Positions 48,601 to 63,209 of a DNA stretch of 64,000 nucleotides are shown piece by piece (position 1 is the first letter of the stretch; each line of letters begins with the position of its first letter). Origin of the DNA: Vicugna vicugna (Eukaryota); contig MU058198.1 in NCBI GenBank assembly GCA_013265495.1, forward strand, positions 1,376,419 through 1,440,418. Direction: 5' to 3'. The notes under the pieces were generated by a model. It had not been told where the DNA came from. It did not search any database and worked only from the letters and a program-made list of their open reading frames with translations. Made by a program: the position numbers and the translations under genes.

Positions 48601-51600
48601 CCCTTCAGCCACAGTGGATGAGAGTACAGCTCCAGGGAACCCAGGGGAGGTGGCGCACACAACTTCAGCTTCCCAGCTGCAGCCAAAGGGAACTAGGCAG
48701 CTGCAGCAGCAGGGCCTGGGACTCCAGCCCCATCAGCCACAGTGGCACCTAAGACTCCCAACACCCGCAAACCTAACAACCCTGATGGGACAGAGGTGCT
48801 CACCATCCCGGTGCCCTCAGTGGTGACAGAAGCAGCAGCAAGATACTGAGGGCCTCAAAGGCACAAGCAGCAACAGTGAGGGCTCCCCTAAGACCCCTGG
48901 CAGAGGAGGTGAAGGGTGGAAAATGCTGATTCTCAAGTACAGTCAGAGGCAGCTCGGGTTAGAGAAATCAAAGACCTGTGCTATAGTGCCACCTACTGAA
49001 AAACGGAAGAAAGTCCTCTAATTTCCCACCTGTTGAATTGTTAGGATCAAACTAAACAAATCTTACTTAGTAAGAAAGATACTCACTCCTTCAAATGTGT
49101 GGGTAGAGGAACAACTCATCAAGTGCTGTGAAAAAGCACAGTGACTCGGTATCACGAAAAGAAAGTGACAGTTCTTCAGAAACCAGACTTAAACTCGTGG
49201 AAGATTGCAAGCTGATAGAGAATTCAAAATAGCTGTTAACAAGCTAGCTATTAAAAAAAAATAAGAGTCATTTCAATTATCTCAATAATAAAATTAATGA
49301 ACAGAAGGAGTATTTTACTAAAAGGCTGAACCTATAAAAAAGAAACAAATAGAAATTCTGGAGCCAAAGCACTCAATAAAGGATATAAAGAATGCAATAG
49401 AAAGCATTGGGAATAGAGCAGACCAAATGGAAGAGAGAATAAAGAAGCTCAGATACAGAAATCTAGAGATGATTGGGATAGGAGAGAAAAGAGAACTAAG
49501 GAGGATTTTAAATGAAGAAATTATAAGAGAACTATCTTGGGGGAGGGTATAGCTCAAGTGGTAGAGCACATGCTTAGCATACACAAGGTCCTTGGTTCAA
49601 CCACCAGTACTTCCATTAAAAAACAAACTAATCGTAAATAAATAAATAGACCTAATGACCTCCCCCACCAAAAAAAGATAAAATAAAAAATAAATTTAAA
49701 AAAACAGAGAGAGAACTATCTGACTCCATTAGGAAAGACAACATAAAGATAATGGGTATCCCAAAAAGAGAAGAGATGGGAAAAGGAGAAGAGACTTTAT
49801 TTAAAGAAATAATAGCTAGAACGTCCCAAATCTGGGGAAAGAACTGGATGTACAAGTCCAGGAAGCTAACAGAACACCTAATTACCTCAAAGCAAAAAGA
49901 CTTTATTCAAGACACGTTATATAAAGCTGTCAAAAGTCGATGATAAAGAATTTTAAAGGCAGCCAGGGGAAAAAAGACAGTCACCTACAAAGGAAGCCCC
50001 ATTAGGTTATCAGCAGATGTCTCAGCAGAAATTCTGCAGGCAGGAGAGAGTAAAATGATATACTCAAAATATTTAAAGATAAAAACTGTCGGCCAAAAAT
50101 ATTGTATCCATCAAAGTTATCCTTCAGATACAAAGGAGAAATAAAGGCTTTCCGGAAAACTAAAGCTCAAGGGGTTCATCACCACTACATCTGCTTTATA
50201 AGAAATGTTGAGGGCTTCTTGAAGATGGCCAGGTGTGAGGACATGAAGTCCATCTCTCCCCCACGAACACATCAAAAATACATCTATAAGTGGAACAATT
50301 TTCACTAAAAATTAATTGGAAACTGGCAGAAGGACTCCTGTACAACCAAGGCTGTAAGAAAGATACACACATAAACAGGTAGGACAGGAGGAAAAGTGAT
50401 CGCATGAGGACCTGTGCCTGCCCCTGGGAGGGGACTCAGAGGAAAAGGGAGGTCACCCAAGTGGACACCTGCCCTGGGGAATGAACAGGTCAGGGCGCAG
50501 ACCAGGCATCCTAGTCCTGGAGTCCTACTCAGAGGAGACAAGCTCCACTGGCTGCTTGGAGATGGCTGGGACAGGTAGAAAGGCTGGAGAAGCCTGGACT
50601 CCAGGGGTGCTGGCTTGCCCCCCAGGCAGGGTGGAGAGAGGTCTGCCCTAGCAGCTTCTAGGTTTCCCGAGACCACCTCGCTGTGCGTCCCAGCCCAAGG
50701 CAGCCGAATGCTCCAGCCCCATGCACTCCGTGCCACAGCATGGCCCTAGATCTAGGGCAACCATGACCAGGGACAAGATATGATGGTGGGCTGTGTCTGC
50801 GTGGAGCTGCAGGTGCCCACACAAGCAGAACACCGGACCTCTGTAGGCTCACAGGCCCCACTTGCTTCACCACTCTCGTCCTTTGGGGCAAAGGTCCCGG
50901 TGTAGGAAGAAGAAAAACACACACTTATAGGGAACAGAGCCAACATGAGATGGCCAACAGGCGTATGAAAAGATGCTCACTATCACTAATTATTAGAGAA
51001 ATACAAAACAAAACCACAGTGAGCTATCACCTCACACCTATCAGAATGGCTGTCATCAAAAAGTCTACAAATAACAAATGTTAGAGAGGATGTGGATAAA
51101 AGAGAATCCTTGTACACTATTGGTGGAAATGTAGACTGGTGCAGCCACAGTATAGAAGTTCCTCAAAAATTAAAAATAGAACTACCATATGAGTCTGAAA
51201 TTCCACTCCTGGGTATATATCTGGAAAAAAATAAAAACACTAATTCAAAAAGAGACATGCCCTCTGATGTTCACAGCAACACTATTTACAATATCCAAGA
51301 CATGGAAGCAATCCAAGTACCTGTCAACAAACAGTTGGATAAAGATGTGGGGTGTGTGTGTGTGTATGAATATTAATCAGCCATAAGAAAGAATAAAATT
51401 CTGCCACCGCAGCAACTTAGATGGACCTAGAGAATATTATGCTTAGTGAAATAAGTCAGACAGAGAAAGACAAATAGTGGGAAGCACAGAAAAGATAAAT
51501 GCCTCAATCCTTTCCTTTGGAAAGAAACCATAAAACATTCGTGTATGTTTGAAGAGGCACTGAACTGACTTGGTTAAATGTATAGCTCTGAAGTCAGGCT

Positions 51601-54600
51601 GCAGGGTTCAGTCTGTGCACTGCCATTTGCTACTTCAGTGATCTTGGGCATGTTATTTATAGTGTGGACTAAGAAAGCCACCTGCCATGTCAGTAAACAA
51701 AGGATGTTGCAGCCACTGAGCCATCAGCCACTACAGCCGCCCCCAGCAGTGAGCCCTGAGGAAACTCAAGATAGGAAAGAATAGATAGTTATGGTGCTTT
51801 TCAAAGGAATAATTTCAGTGAACCCAGATGTTTGCATCTTCCCCTACATAGAAAAACACTAAATTCATTAACTTGAGATATCTGGTTTTCTGTAATTAAT
51901 AGTAATTGATGTTCCGACTACCTCCTTTTTGTTGCAAAACCCTCTACGTATCGTGGCTCCTTCCTTACCCCTTCGGAATAGTCCCTCGGAGCTATCTGGG
52001 AGGCTGCCTCTTGGGCTTGAGTCCTCAGAAAGTCCACCAAATTAATCATAATTCTCAACTTTTAGCTTGTACATTTTTTTTACTCAACAATAGCTTTTAT
52101 GTTTTGGATTTTTTGGTGGGGATTCAATGAGTTAAAACATGCAAAACACTTAGAATAGCACCTGGCACTCAAGTACTCAATAAATCTTGGTTAATATTAC
52201 TTTTCAATCAAAACTCTCTTTAAGTTGAATGTGATGAATGTTCTACAGATAAAAGATAATTATCTAGTATTGAACATCTTTGCATGTTTGGTCAAAAGGG
52301 TCATAGACTTTGAGGTCCCTTGAAAGGCAAAAGCAGAATAATGAAAGGAAGACAAATAGATACCTTGCCTGGAAAACTGACCAACTCACTCTGAGAAATA
52401 CAGAATGCACCTGAGTTATCTACACTACCCTAATTGTGGAAAAATATGCACAACCTAAAAGTTGAAAATTATGTTGTATTTGGTAGACAAAACTGAGTAT
52501 TCAAATCCTGCTTTTCTCTGTTGTGAACCACCTTAAGGTGCACAGTTGGGGGTGGCTACAGTGGCTGATGGCTTGAGGATTCCACATCTTATGGTTACTG
52601 ATATGACAGGCAACATTTTCCATCCACATAATTAATATGATGAAAGAAATCCTTTCTAAACATTTTCTTTTCTTCTCCTTTAGGGACAGTTTTAATTCCA
52701 GGAACCACTCAGTTGACCCAGAAAGACATCCTTTACAGACTACAATCTTCAAAAGCAAAGTGCATTATCACCAATGAAGTTTTAGCTCCAGCCGTAGATG
52801 CTGTTGCATCTGAATGTGAAAATCTGCACTCCAAGCTAATTGTGTCTCAGAAACCCAGAGAGGGGTGGCAGAACCTCAAGGAGATGATGAAGTGAGTAGC
52901 CTTAATTGTTATAGAACAGCTTCGCCCAAAAGAAAGGCAACATTGATCAGATAGTCGACCCATGATTGACCAGAAAAATGAAAATTAGAACAACAGACAG
53001 TCACTAGCTGGGGCCTAGGGCAAGTGTGTAGGAAGGTCAGTCACATGAGTGGGGTATAGATGAAGCAGGCACTGGTCAAGCAGAGGATGTTCAGAGAGTG
53101 AGAGAACACCCACCTTGAGCGACCTGACCGTACAAAGCACTTCAAATATACTAACTCATTTAAATCTCGCAGCAACTTAAGGGGCAGGTACTGTGATTAT
53201 GCAGATAAATCAGGTCAAATGCTAGGATCTGGAAGAGCTGGGTTCCAAACTCAGGCAGTCTGGCTTCTGAGCCCACAGAATTCCTAACTGCGAAGTTTAC
53301 TGCTTCTGAGAGACTGGCACGATAAACCTGCTTTAGATTTCAAGAGCAACCATATTTATGATCAAAGTGTAGGTACACAGCTATAGGCATTAACTTTTTT
53401 TAAAGAAAAAGAAATATGGAACCATAAATTAAACATTTGGCTTAGCTTTGTTAGAACTTAAAAATAGCTTTTCTGTATGTCTCATGGCCAGATATTTCTC
53501 TTTCATTCATTCTCAGCTCAATATTCCCAGGTAAAAATCGGTATGCTTCTTAGATACTCAAAGTGCAGAGTTTACCTCCTCTCAGCTGCCCTGATGTATA
53601 GAATACATAGAAGCCCACTTACCCTTCAGAATTAAAATGTTTTCTTTCTCTTTAAGGCTTTTCCTTCCCTGGGCAGATACTTAGATCCTCTTCGGTCTTA
53701 TTGTGTGCTGTATTCAGACCTATGTAGACTCTCTTGTGGGAAACAGAAAAACCATCCTTTTGAGGGGTCAGCAAATGTTTTCCATACAAGGGATGGATAG
53801 TAAATATATAGTACATGTACTCACCTCTGTTGTCATAGTGTGGAGAGCAGCCATAGACAGTATGTAAAAGAATGGACATGGCTGTGTTCCAATAAAACGT
53901 TACCTGCAAAAACGAAAGTCAGGCCAGATTTGTCCTGTGGGCTGTAGTTTGCCATCCCCATGCCTTAAATCATTACCCATGACTTCTGCTAACATACTCA
54001 TTGTTTTTTAATGAGATGAATTTATTTTAATTTTTAAATGATCACATAATAAAATGAACTTTGGAGGGCATTATAGTTCTATGAATAAATACGTGTACAG
54101 ATTCATGTAACTACTGCCTCAATCAGGACACACAACTCATTTCCATTACCCTAAAAAGACTCCTACATTCTATCCTTTTATTTCCACATCCTCCCCCTAC
54201 CTTGAATTCCTGGCAATCATTAACCTTCTTTTTCTTTTTTTTTTAAACACTTCTATTGTGGTATGGTTCCTGTACAGTAAACTACACATATTTCAGATGT
54301 ACAATTTGATGAATTTTGACAGATGTATACACCCATGAAAACCACCACCATAATCAAGATAGCTAACATTTCCATCACTGCCCAGGAGGTGCAATTTTTG
54401 AATTCCCAATTTATCTCTTCCCACCCTCTTTACCCTCTGGTAACAAGTTTGTTCTCTATGTCTGAGTCTGTTTCTGATTTGTAGGTAAGTTCATTTGTGT
54501 CCTTTTTGTTTTTTTTTAGATTCCACATATAAGTGATATCATATGGCATTTTTCTTTCTCTTTCTGGCTTACTTCACTTAGAATAACGATCTCCAGGTCC

Positions 54601-57600
54601 ATCCATGTTGCTGCAAACAGCATTATTTTATTCTTTTTACTAACTGTCTCATTTTTTAAAACATACATTTTAAAGCATCCACAGTGAAGGGAAAGGGGAA
54701 ATTCTTCACATATCCATGATTTCAAGATCGTAGAATCCTCATTCTGTTGAAAGGATGATAAAATTCTTGAGTTTTTTAACTGCTTCAAATTTTCTTCATC
54801 ATACAGTAAAAAGCTATGAAGTCAGCTTGTTATAAATGGGCTATTGATGGCAAAGTTTAGTTTGCTTCTGGAAATCACCTCAAAAGATGGAGAGAGAGAG
54901 ATGGCTTTTACCTTGGAGTTCAACCTAGGACACTGGGGTCTGACTCATGAGATGAAGAGATCCGAGTAAATCCTTTTCTGTCGTAACAGTCTATGACACT
55001 GTGTTTAATGTGCAGAATTATTGTAATTCTTCCTTCATAGACATGCCAGTGACAACCACACTTGTGTGAAGACAAAACACAATGAGATGATGGCCATTTT
55101 CTTTACCAGTGGAACAAGCGGATCTCCGAAAATGACCGGACACACCCACAGCAGTTTCGGTTTAGGATTATCTGTAAATGGAAGGTACTTTCACAGAACA
55201 GCAGCTTGAAGTGTCGACGCTACAAAGGTGATGATTCCTTCGTTGGTCTTTTAAATTTGTTTTCATATATACACACCAAGTCTATTCTTTGTCTTCCCAG
55301 GTTCTGGCTGGATTTGACCCCTTCAGATGTGATATGGAATACCTCAGACACAGGCTGGGCAAAATCTGCATGGAGCAGTGTTTTTTCTCCATGGATCCAG
55401 GGAGCATGTGTATTTGCACATTATTTGCCGCGGTTTGAGCCAACTTCCATCTTGCAAGTAAGGCAGAGCACAGGAGGTCAACCTTTAGAAATGCATTAGT
55501 GCTGTCACTGACAGGACTGGTGAATAAAGTAACCTGAAGAAATCAGAGTAGACAACATGAGTTAAGGTATTTCACATCTGGAAAATCAAATAAGCCCGAA
55601 AAAGAAATACAGAGGAAAGGTGTGAGTGTATTCTAACAGTGTTTTAAGTTTCTGCTGTGTCTACCATAGACTTTGAGGCACTTATTACAAATTGTGGTAA
55701 GACCACTTCTTCTCAATTGCAGACACTTTGCAAGTTTCCCATCACAGTCTTCTGTTCAGCACCAACTGCATATCGAATGCTTGTACGGAATGATAAGGCC
55801 AGGTAAGAAAGGCTGGTTGGTAAATGGGCACTTAGCTGGGGGAGGGGGAGAGGAAGAGGAAGCTATAATGTAAAAGGTCTCTCTGCCTAAAAACATAGTT
55901 CCAGCCCTGTCTTCTCCTTCTCCTCCTTCTTGCTTACATTCTGTAAATGATAATTATTACATCCAGGGCGGGTTCCCCAAGCAGGGAGAGGAATGGGAGG
56001 ATTCAGCCACATGTACAGTTCTGAGCCCAGTGGTTATGGATAAGAAACTGTCTAATCTTTTGTATGATGACTGTTGCTTGCACTAAGAAAATAGAGGAGT
56101 CACCCCTATTTATAACCCTATCCCAGCAGAGAGGAAAGATGAATATCCTTTATTACTAATTCCATTTGAAAGTATGGATTGGTAACTATTTTTAAATTGA
56201 TTTTATTTAATTTTTGAGGAGGAAATAATTCACATGGCATAAAATTCAATAGGTACAAAAGGATGTATAGAAAAAAGTCTTCCTCCACGTCTTGTCCTCA
56301 ATCTCAGTTTGCCCTCTCCCCGACATCTATGCATGCACAAGCCAATATGTTCTCCCTGTCTCTTTTATAATGGGAACATGATATGCACACAGTTCTGCAC
56401 CTTTCTTTCTTCACCTAACAATACATCCTGGAACTATGCTGTCCAATTTGGTAACCACTAGCCACATGTAGGTATTTAAAGTTTAAGTAAATTAAAAATT
56501 CTGTTCCAGACTGTAGTTAATAATAATACTATATTCCATATTTGAAGTTGCTAAGAGAGTAGATTTTAAAAGTTCTCATCACAAGAAGAAATATTTTTGT
56601 AACTATGTAGGGTGACAGATGTTGACTAGACTTACTGGGCTGATCATTTCACCATATATACAAATAACAAATCATTACATTGTACATCTAAAACTAATAC
56701 ATTATAGTTAATTATACCTCAATGAAAAAAAAAATCAGTTCCTCAGTTGTGCTAGTCATGCTTCAAGTGCTCAATAGCCACACAGGGTTAGAGGAGACAA
56801 TAATGGACATCTCAGATTATAGAAATTTCTGTTATAACAAAATGTTCTTTTGGACAGTACTATCCAGGAACTTCTTTATTCCTTTTTAACAACTGCATAG
56901 TATTCCATTGCATAAATACTCCACAGCCAATTTAACCAGACAACTGGTAAACTTTTCATCACTGATTTAACATATTACTATGTGGTACCTTCCCTAGGAA
57001 TAGCATGGCTTTTCTTTGCAACAAGTCACATCTCCCTCACAAATCAAGGGGAGAAAAGAAAAAAAATCTGATGTTTTGGGAGTCCTTTTATGATAGAATG
57101 GTTTGTTTATTTTGTATTGGAGAAGGAAGTTAGGAAAAAACTAAAACAAATTTTATGTTGAAATTTCAGTAAAACAATCCTAATTTCCATTTTTCTCCAT
57201 TTTCTTCCTAAATTTAACTTGTTATCTGTCTTCTGAGAAGCTATAAGTTCAAAAGCTTAAAGCACTGTTTGAGTGCTGGGGAACCAATCAACCCTGAAGT
57301 GATTGAACAATGGAGAAATAAGACGGGTCTGGATATCTACGAAGGATATGGACAGACTGAAACGGTATACAGACCTCGCTGAAAAGACAAGACTGGACTA
57401 GATTCGGTTAGACGAATAGAAACCGAAGTGTTTATGACATCTTTATCAATTGTTTGACAAATAGGGAGGGAGTGGAGTGATTAGAACAGTTTAAAAAAAA
57501 CAAAAACTTGAGGGATGTTAGTTGCAAAATTGCTCTGTGACATATACAATTTAAATAGCCATTCACTGAGAAAAAGCACTATATAATTAACAAGGGTAAG

Positions 57601-60600
57601 GACATTAAAATACTTTTTAAATAAAAAAATACTAGATCTACAAAAATATTCCGACTGAAGTAATAGGGAACTTTCTTAGGGCTGCCTAAGCATGGGAAAT
57701 GCTAAGGGTAGGGTATAGCTCAAGAGGTACAGTGTGTGGTTAGCATGCATGAGGTCTTGGATTCAATCCCCAGTACTTCCATTAAACAAAAAAGTTAAAT
57801 AAATAAACCTAATTACCTACCCCCCCCACAAAAAAAAAGGAAAATGCTGAGTTCCTTTCCTTGTTACTTGAAATACTAAGAGTTTGACAGACAGCTCCTT
57901 GACAAGCATACTCTAAAAAGGGTTCTCTAAAGAGCCTGTAGAAATAAGAATGAGAAGAGATTCTAGAGGAAATGGGTGAAATAGTAACAAAAGTGGCTGT
58001 TATGTAGGAAAGGGAGAGGATAAGATGGAGCAGACAAGAGAAAGGCTGAAAGAAATTTTTCAGTGTGTCTTTTTGTAATGCTTCAATTTATAAACCAGGA
58101 GAATGTAGTACTTGGTCAAAAATTAAAATGCCAAAAAATAAAATAAAAACAAAAATTGGCAAATTTCTTAAATAGAGACAGCATCATAAGTATGCAAATA
58201 CAAGTACAAATGTTTTCATAAATATGGGTATTTTAGTAGTTATAAATTTATTTAGTGTTATAACTCATATTTGTTTGTTTAGTATCTATCTCTGTACTTC
58301 ATGAGAGCAGAGAATTTATTTTGAGCCTGGTCCATAGCAAGTTCTCAATAAATATTTGTTGAATAAATGCATGGTGGATGAATGAATACATTTAAGTTAC
58401 TGGTAATGTTACTTGACTCATTCTTCTTCACTAGGTGCTAATCTGTGGAAATTTTAAGGGAATGAAAATTAAGCCTGGCTCAATGGGAAAGCCTTCACCT
58501 GCCTTTGATGTTAAGGTTTGTACATCCCTTTCCAGGAAAATATTTAACAACCCAATCTGTTTACCACCTACCCCACTTCTGCTCCCTTATACTCCTAGTT
58601 TTAGGAATGATTATGCTCCTTTCATGACATCTTAACTTCCATGTAGAGATGGAAATGTGTTAGAAATGTTAGTTTATTGGTCTTTTTTTTTCCCATAGCA
58701 GTTGCTTATGCCAAGTAGTTCTAAGCATTTTATAAATATTAATTTCCAGAAGGAACCTATGAGAGACACAGCAATATTAGAATCATTTTACAGATGAGGA
58801 CCAGAGAGGTTAAGGAAACACCCAAGGTCATACAGATCGTAGCTGCTAGTGCTAGGATTTGGTCCCAAGCAGTCTGGTTCCGGTGTCCATACTCTTAACA
58901 CCACCATCACCCTGCCCCTTCTGGTTAGGGAGCTCCAGAACTCCTAAAAGCGTCAAGTGGACCAGAAGGGGCTACAGTTTACAGTGGCTGCAGCATTCTC
59001 CCTCTCTTCCTGAAGGACTGCCTGACCAGTTCCTGGCTCTCCTGTAACCACCGCCATTTTCACTACCTGATCCCTACTTATCCCATCAGCACATGTTGTA
59101 CAGGGTTAAAGCTGCTCTCTGATCAACCCAGACAAAGCCAAGGATAGCCAAAGGAAATTACATTGATACGCAAAAGGAAACAATATCAACACAAACACAA
59201 AACAAAGGAGTTTCAAAGACCTCAGAACCAAACTTAATGAGGGTTAGCTGTAGATTAGATGACTATTTCCCAAGCTTCTCTGATCATAAAGAATCACCGG
59301 GGTGTGTTAGGGGATAGAAGGACCCTCGAATTGGAAAGCCCACCAGGTGGGTAGGCAAGCCCCTCACCCCACCGAAATGTGTAGGTTCTCACCGGCTGAC
59401 TGTGAAAGAATTCTCAATATAGGCAGAGGGACAAAGTGAAAACAAGAGCTGCTTTTATTGCTCAGAGAGAAAAGAAAACACTAGAGATATAGGTCAGTGG
59501 TAGAGGGTGTGCTTTTGCATGCACGAGGTCCTCGGTCTAATCCCCAGTACCTCCATTAAAAATGTTTAAATAAATAAATAAATCTAATTACCTACTGCCC
59601 CCTCCCAAAAATCAGATAATATTTCTAAAGAGCATACCAAAATGCTTAGCACATACTAAAGGTCCAAAAGATAAGTGCTGTTAATTATTATTTACCTCTC
59701 TCTTGAATTCCTTAACTTTGAAAAGCTTTTCTAAGAAGAGAGGGGGTAGGGAACATTAGCCACATTCTATAAACAGACTTAACAATAGTTCTATAAACAG
59801 ACTTAACTATTGTTTGAGGCTGAATAGTTTTTGAGGCTGAACAGTATTTCTTTGTATGTATACACAACATTTTGCTTATCTATTCATCTGTTGATGAATG
59901 CTTGGGTTGCTTCCACATTTTAGCTCTTGTGAAGAATGCTATGATAAACATGGGTATACAGATATCTCTCTGAGACCCTGCTTTCTATTCTTTTGAGAGT
60001 ATACCCAGGAGTGGAATTACTGGATTATATAGTCATTTTATTTTTAATTTTCTTAGAGACTGCTGTACTGTTTTCCATAGTGGCTGTACCATTTTATTCC
60101 CACCAACAGTGCACAGGGGTTCCAATTTCTCCGTATCTTAGCCAACACTTGTTATGTTTTGTTTTGTTTTGTTTTATTTTGTTTTGTTTTGTTTGTTAGG
60201 AGCCATCCTATTAAGTGTGAGGTGGTATCTCATTATAGTTTTGATTTGCATTCCCCTAAAGCAGCCACCTTCATTTTTAACTCTTTCTCAAGGGCTCTTA
60301 TTATTGGGCCCCTTGTTACCTAGCTAATATTATCTTTAGTGACATTTTGGCAACTAGGGGTGTACTCCAACCAGCTGGATATCAGGTTTTTGCAACTTTA
60401 GAGACCAAGCTCATAATCTTCTTGTTTAAACATTCTAGGAACCCTTAAATGATGAGGAATGTGATCTCCTCAGAGATAGACTGTTTTGTCTGTTTTCCCA
60501 TCTATTAAATAGTAGTCTGTGTTAAATAATTGGAACTCTTTAACATCTCTTTCCTATCAATAATTTCTTGATACCTGGAGCCAAATACTTCTGAGACGCC

Positions 60601-63209
60601 TGGGAGGGAAGTTATACTTTTTTATTTGTAAGAACTTAAAAGTAAGTTTTTACGTTTAGAATTCCTTTGCCTTGCAAGCTTCTCATTGGGGACATAAGCC
60701 CTTTTCCTTCTGGAAAGGGCCAGATAAATATACCCTTACTTGCCAGCAAGCTACATCTCAGATTTGAAGGATGTGTATAAAAGCAGAGTAGAATTTTCAT
60801 ATTTAGAAACAGCTAAAAAGTCAGTTGGAGCAAAATCAGATATATGAGATAAGCAATCAACCTGAGAAATGCTTATCTGGATTTGTAGAAAATGGATTGA
60901 ACTCCCTGGAGAGATTCCACGGAGAACTGCAATGATGAAAAGCATAGGATCTGGAGAGTGATTGTGAGATTTTAATTCCAGTTCAGTCATATACTGTGTT
61001 ACTTAAAATCTCTGCACTTCAGTTTCCTCATGTGTAAAATGAGCATAATAATAGTTCTAACCAGATAGGGCTGTTGTAAGGACTAAAGAAAACAGTACAT
61101 ATGAAGTAGTTTCAGCATTAGCATTCATTACTTAGGATGTGGTAAGTGCTTAATAAATGCTAGCTACTTGTTTTAGAAAGTTTGATAACCAGTAATGAAA
61201 TATTTATTTGAGAGGAAAAGATAATTAAGATATATTGCTAAATGATAAAAGCAGGTTGCAAAACACTCTATTATAAAGTGATCCTATTTTTTTCCTATGT
61301 CTGTATCATCTCAAAGGATATAACCAAAATGTGATTATTGCTGGGTGGCAGAATTAAAGAAAAATTTTATTCTTCTATCACATTTTACTAACCTGCACTT
61401 TGTATTTTTCAATAAGAATTTAAATACATTTATTTCTCTTAAGAATTTAAAGTATACATAAAATGTTCTAAAGTCTGCATTCTTAAATGGCAAAAAAAAA
61501 ACATGCAAAGATTTCAGATGTGACATTAAATAAAAATTTCCTTAAATTATTGTTTCATCCTGGATTTTCATTTCATTTCATTTCATTTTATTCATCCTAG
61601 ATTTTAGATGCGAATGGCAATGTTCTACCTCCTGGACAAGAAGGAGATATTGGCATCCAAGTTCTACCTAACCGACCATGTGGCCTTTTTACTCATTATA
61701 TAGTAAGAGACATTAAATAACATCTCATTTTCTTTGTATTTCTCAAAAGTGCTTGGTAACTCTCCCTATTTGCCACAGAATACACCTGGGATAGGTATTT
61801 GGCCTTTTCCTGAGAGATTCATTATCCCTCAGACAGGGAACTGGAGAAACACCCAAATGCTTATTAGAGAAGGGCACATTGGCCCCCCTAGGCCAGATGA
61901 CTGCTCCAGGCCCATGAAGGTGAGGGGAAGGGATAGAAAGAAGACAGCCCTCTTAACATCATTAATCCTCTCCACTATAAATCAGCACACAGTCCTTTTC
62001 CTGAAATCTGATTAGGGGTCTCTCTTCATGGGAGGAGTGAGAGAGAAAGAATGGGGCAGTGAGACTTAAGTAAATTTCTTTCACTAGAGGCCTCTCAAGC
62101 TCCTTACTGTTTGCAAACATAGTTCATCTCTAATCACAGTATTCAAATTAGAGCAAAATTTGCTTCAATATAGTCAAAGGTCCAGGTTCTAATTGTCGGT
62201 GAATTTTACATAATGTAGCAATACTTCCTTTTTCTTCCTGCCAGATTTACAGAATCAATTCTCTGTTTTTGTGTAAAACAAAACCAAATATAAAAACAAA
62301 TCAACAACAACAACAACAACAAAACCCTGTCTGTTCTTTGGATTATGAGGTGTAGGAACTTTCTTTTAACTCTGGATGTTGAATTCTCTCTTTTCCTACC
62401 AGTGTTTAGATGTTAACCAGTTAACAAGAGACTTATTTAGCAGACTCTGAGCTCGAGCTCCTGCAATATTTATTTTGTGACTCATCTAAGAAAATTCTTA
62501 GGATGGCAGCATGCCTAGTGTTTGTAGCTGGAGTTTACTTTTCTTATATTCGGCTGGCTCAATGCTAGCCTTTCATCCCTATTTCACACACTAGCTCCTC
62601 TTCATTCCAAGGATTCTCAAAACCACCAAACTTTTCTTCCTTCTTAAAAATTTAAAAATCCAACTGAGGGGAGGGTATAGCTCAAGTGGTGGTCCTGGGT
62701 TCAATTCCCACTACCTCCTCTAAAAATAAATAGAAAACCTAATTACCTACCCCCTGGCCAAAAAAATAATACAGTAATAAATAAAATAAAAAATAAAATT
62801 TATTGAAAAAAAAATTCGACTGAGCAGAAGGGTCACATTCATAATAATTTTAATTATTATTTGTTTTATAGGATGATCCTACAAAAACAGCTTCAACTCT
62901 ACGAGGCAATTTCTATATCACTGGAGACAGGGGCTATATGGATGAGGATGGCTATTTCTGGTTTGTTGCAAGATCAGATGACATCATATTATCCTCTGGG
63001 TAATTTTCTTCTTCATCTGTGGATATGCCTGTGTTGACTGATTGTAAGCATTCCAGAGTGAACCTTTTGCTCACCTTTATAAACTCCTGCCCTCTGTTTT
63101 ATTTCCCAGTTACCGAATTGGGCCGTTTGAGGTAGAAAGTGCCCTGAGTGAACATCCTGCAGTTGCAGAGTCAGCTGTTGTCAGCAGCCCAGACCCCATC
63201 AGAGGAGAG
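45663..63209 (+). CDS. ACSM3: Acyl-CoA synthetase medium-chain family member 3 (first 11 coding exons; last exons beyond window)
   Basis: Exons 45663-45863, 46446-46656, 52684-52891, 55041-55184, 55301-55457, 55723-55802, 57241-57364, 58435-58515, 61601-61702, 62872-62999, 63110-63209 splice in frame with GT-AG. Peptides: [12 protein letters not shown]...[33 protein letters not shown]-loop [24 protein letters not shown]...[17 protein letters not shown]. Confidence 0.95.
48385..51478 (+). mobile_element. LINE-1 mosaic in ACSM3 intron (5'UTR/ORF1, second 5'UTR, 3' piece) with a Vic-1-like SINE at ~49539-49703
   Basis: ORF1 text 'cacctacaaaggaagccccattaggttatcagcagat...aagttatccttcagatacaaaggagaaataaaggct'; SINE flanked by repeat AGAGAACTATCT. 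Confidence 0.8.
51663..52089 (+). mobile_element. Solo LTR (ERV1-like, 427 bp) inserted into a MIR
   Basis: TG...CA ends, TSD ATAG. Confidence 0.8.
52435..52628 (-). mobile_element. Short, internally deleted LTR-like element (194 bp)
   Basis: TGTGGA...TCCACA termini, TSD TAAT; left end resembles the reverse complement of the 3' end of 51663-52089. Confidence 0.6.
53762..53960. mobile_element. MER58-like DNA transposon
   Basis: 'ggggtcagcaaatgttttcc...gggatggatagtaaatat...ggctgtgttccaataaaac...gggctgtagtttgccatcccc'. Confidence 0.7.
57705..57838 (+). mobile_element. tRNA-derived SINE (Vic-1-like)
   Basis: GGGTATAGCTCAAG...AATAAATAAACCTAATTACCTAC + A-tail; flanking repeat GGAAATGCT(A/G)AG. 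Confidence 0.85.
59487..59620 (+). mobile_element. tRNA-derived SINE (Vic-1-like), diverged
   Basis: 'tataggtcagtggtagag...gcatgcacgaggtcctcggtctaatccccagtacctcc...ctaattacct'. Confidence 0.75.
59810..60260 (-). mobile_element. LINE-1 3' fragment
   Basis: 'atacccaggagtggaattactggattatat...cccaccaacagtgcacaggggttccaatttctcc...gtgtgaggtggtatctcatt'. Confidence 0.8.
62668..62812 (+). mobile_element. tRNA-derived SINE (Vic-1-like) with internal deletion between A and B boxes
   Basis: GGGAGGGTATAGCTCAAGTGGT|GGTCCTGGGTTCAATTCC; flanking repeat AAAAAT(C/T)C(A/G)ACTGAG. Confidence 0.8.

Noticed and set aside
49539..49615. tRNA-Ala-like sequence with A and B boxes (also at ~17800, 18620, 37055, 57705, 59490, 62670)
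   Set aside because: Each is followed by the SINE body and A-tail, most with flanking direct repeats: SINE copies, not tRNA genes.
57235..57240. Tandem GAGAAG (NAGNAG) acceptor in ACSM3
   Set aside because: GAG acceptors are rarely used, and the distal AAG gives the 124-nt exon matching the ACSM4 paralog.
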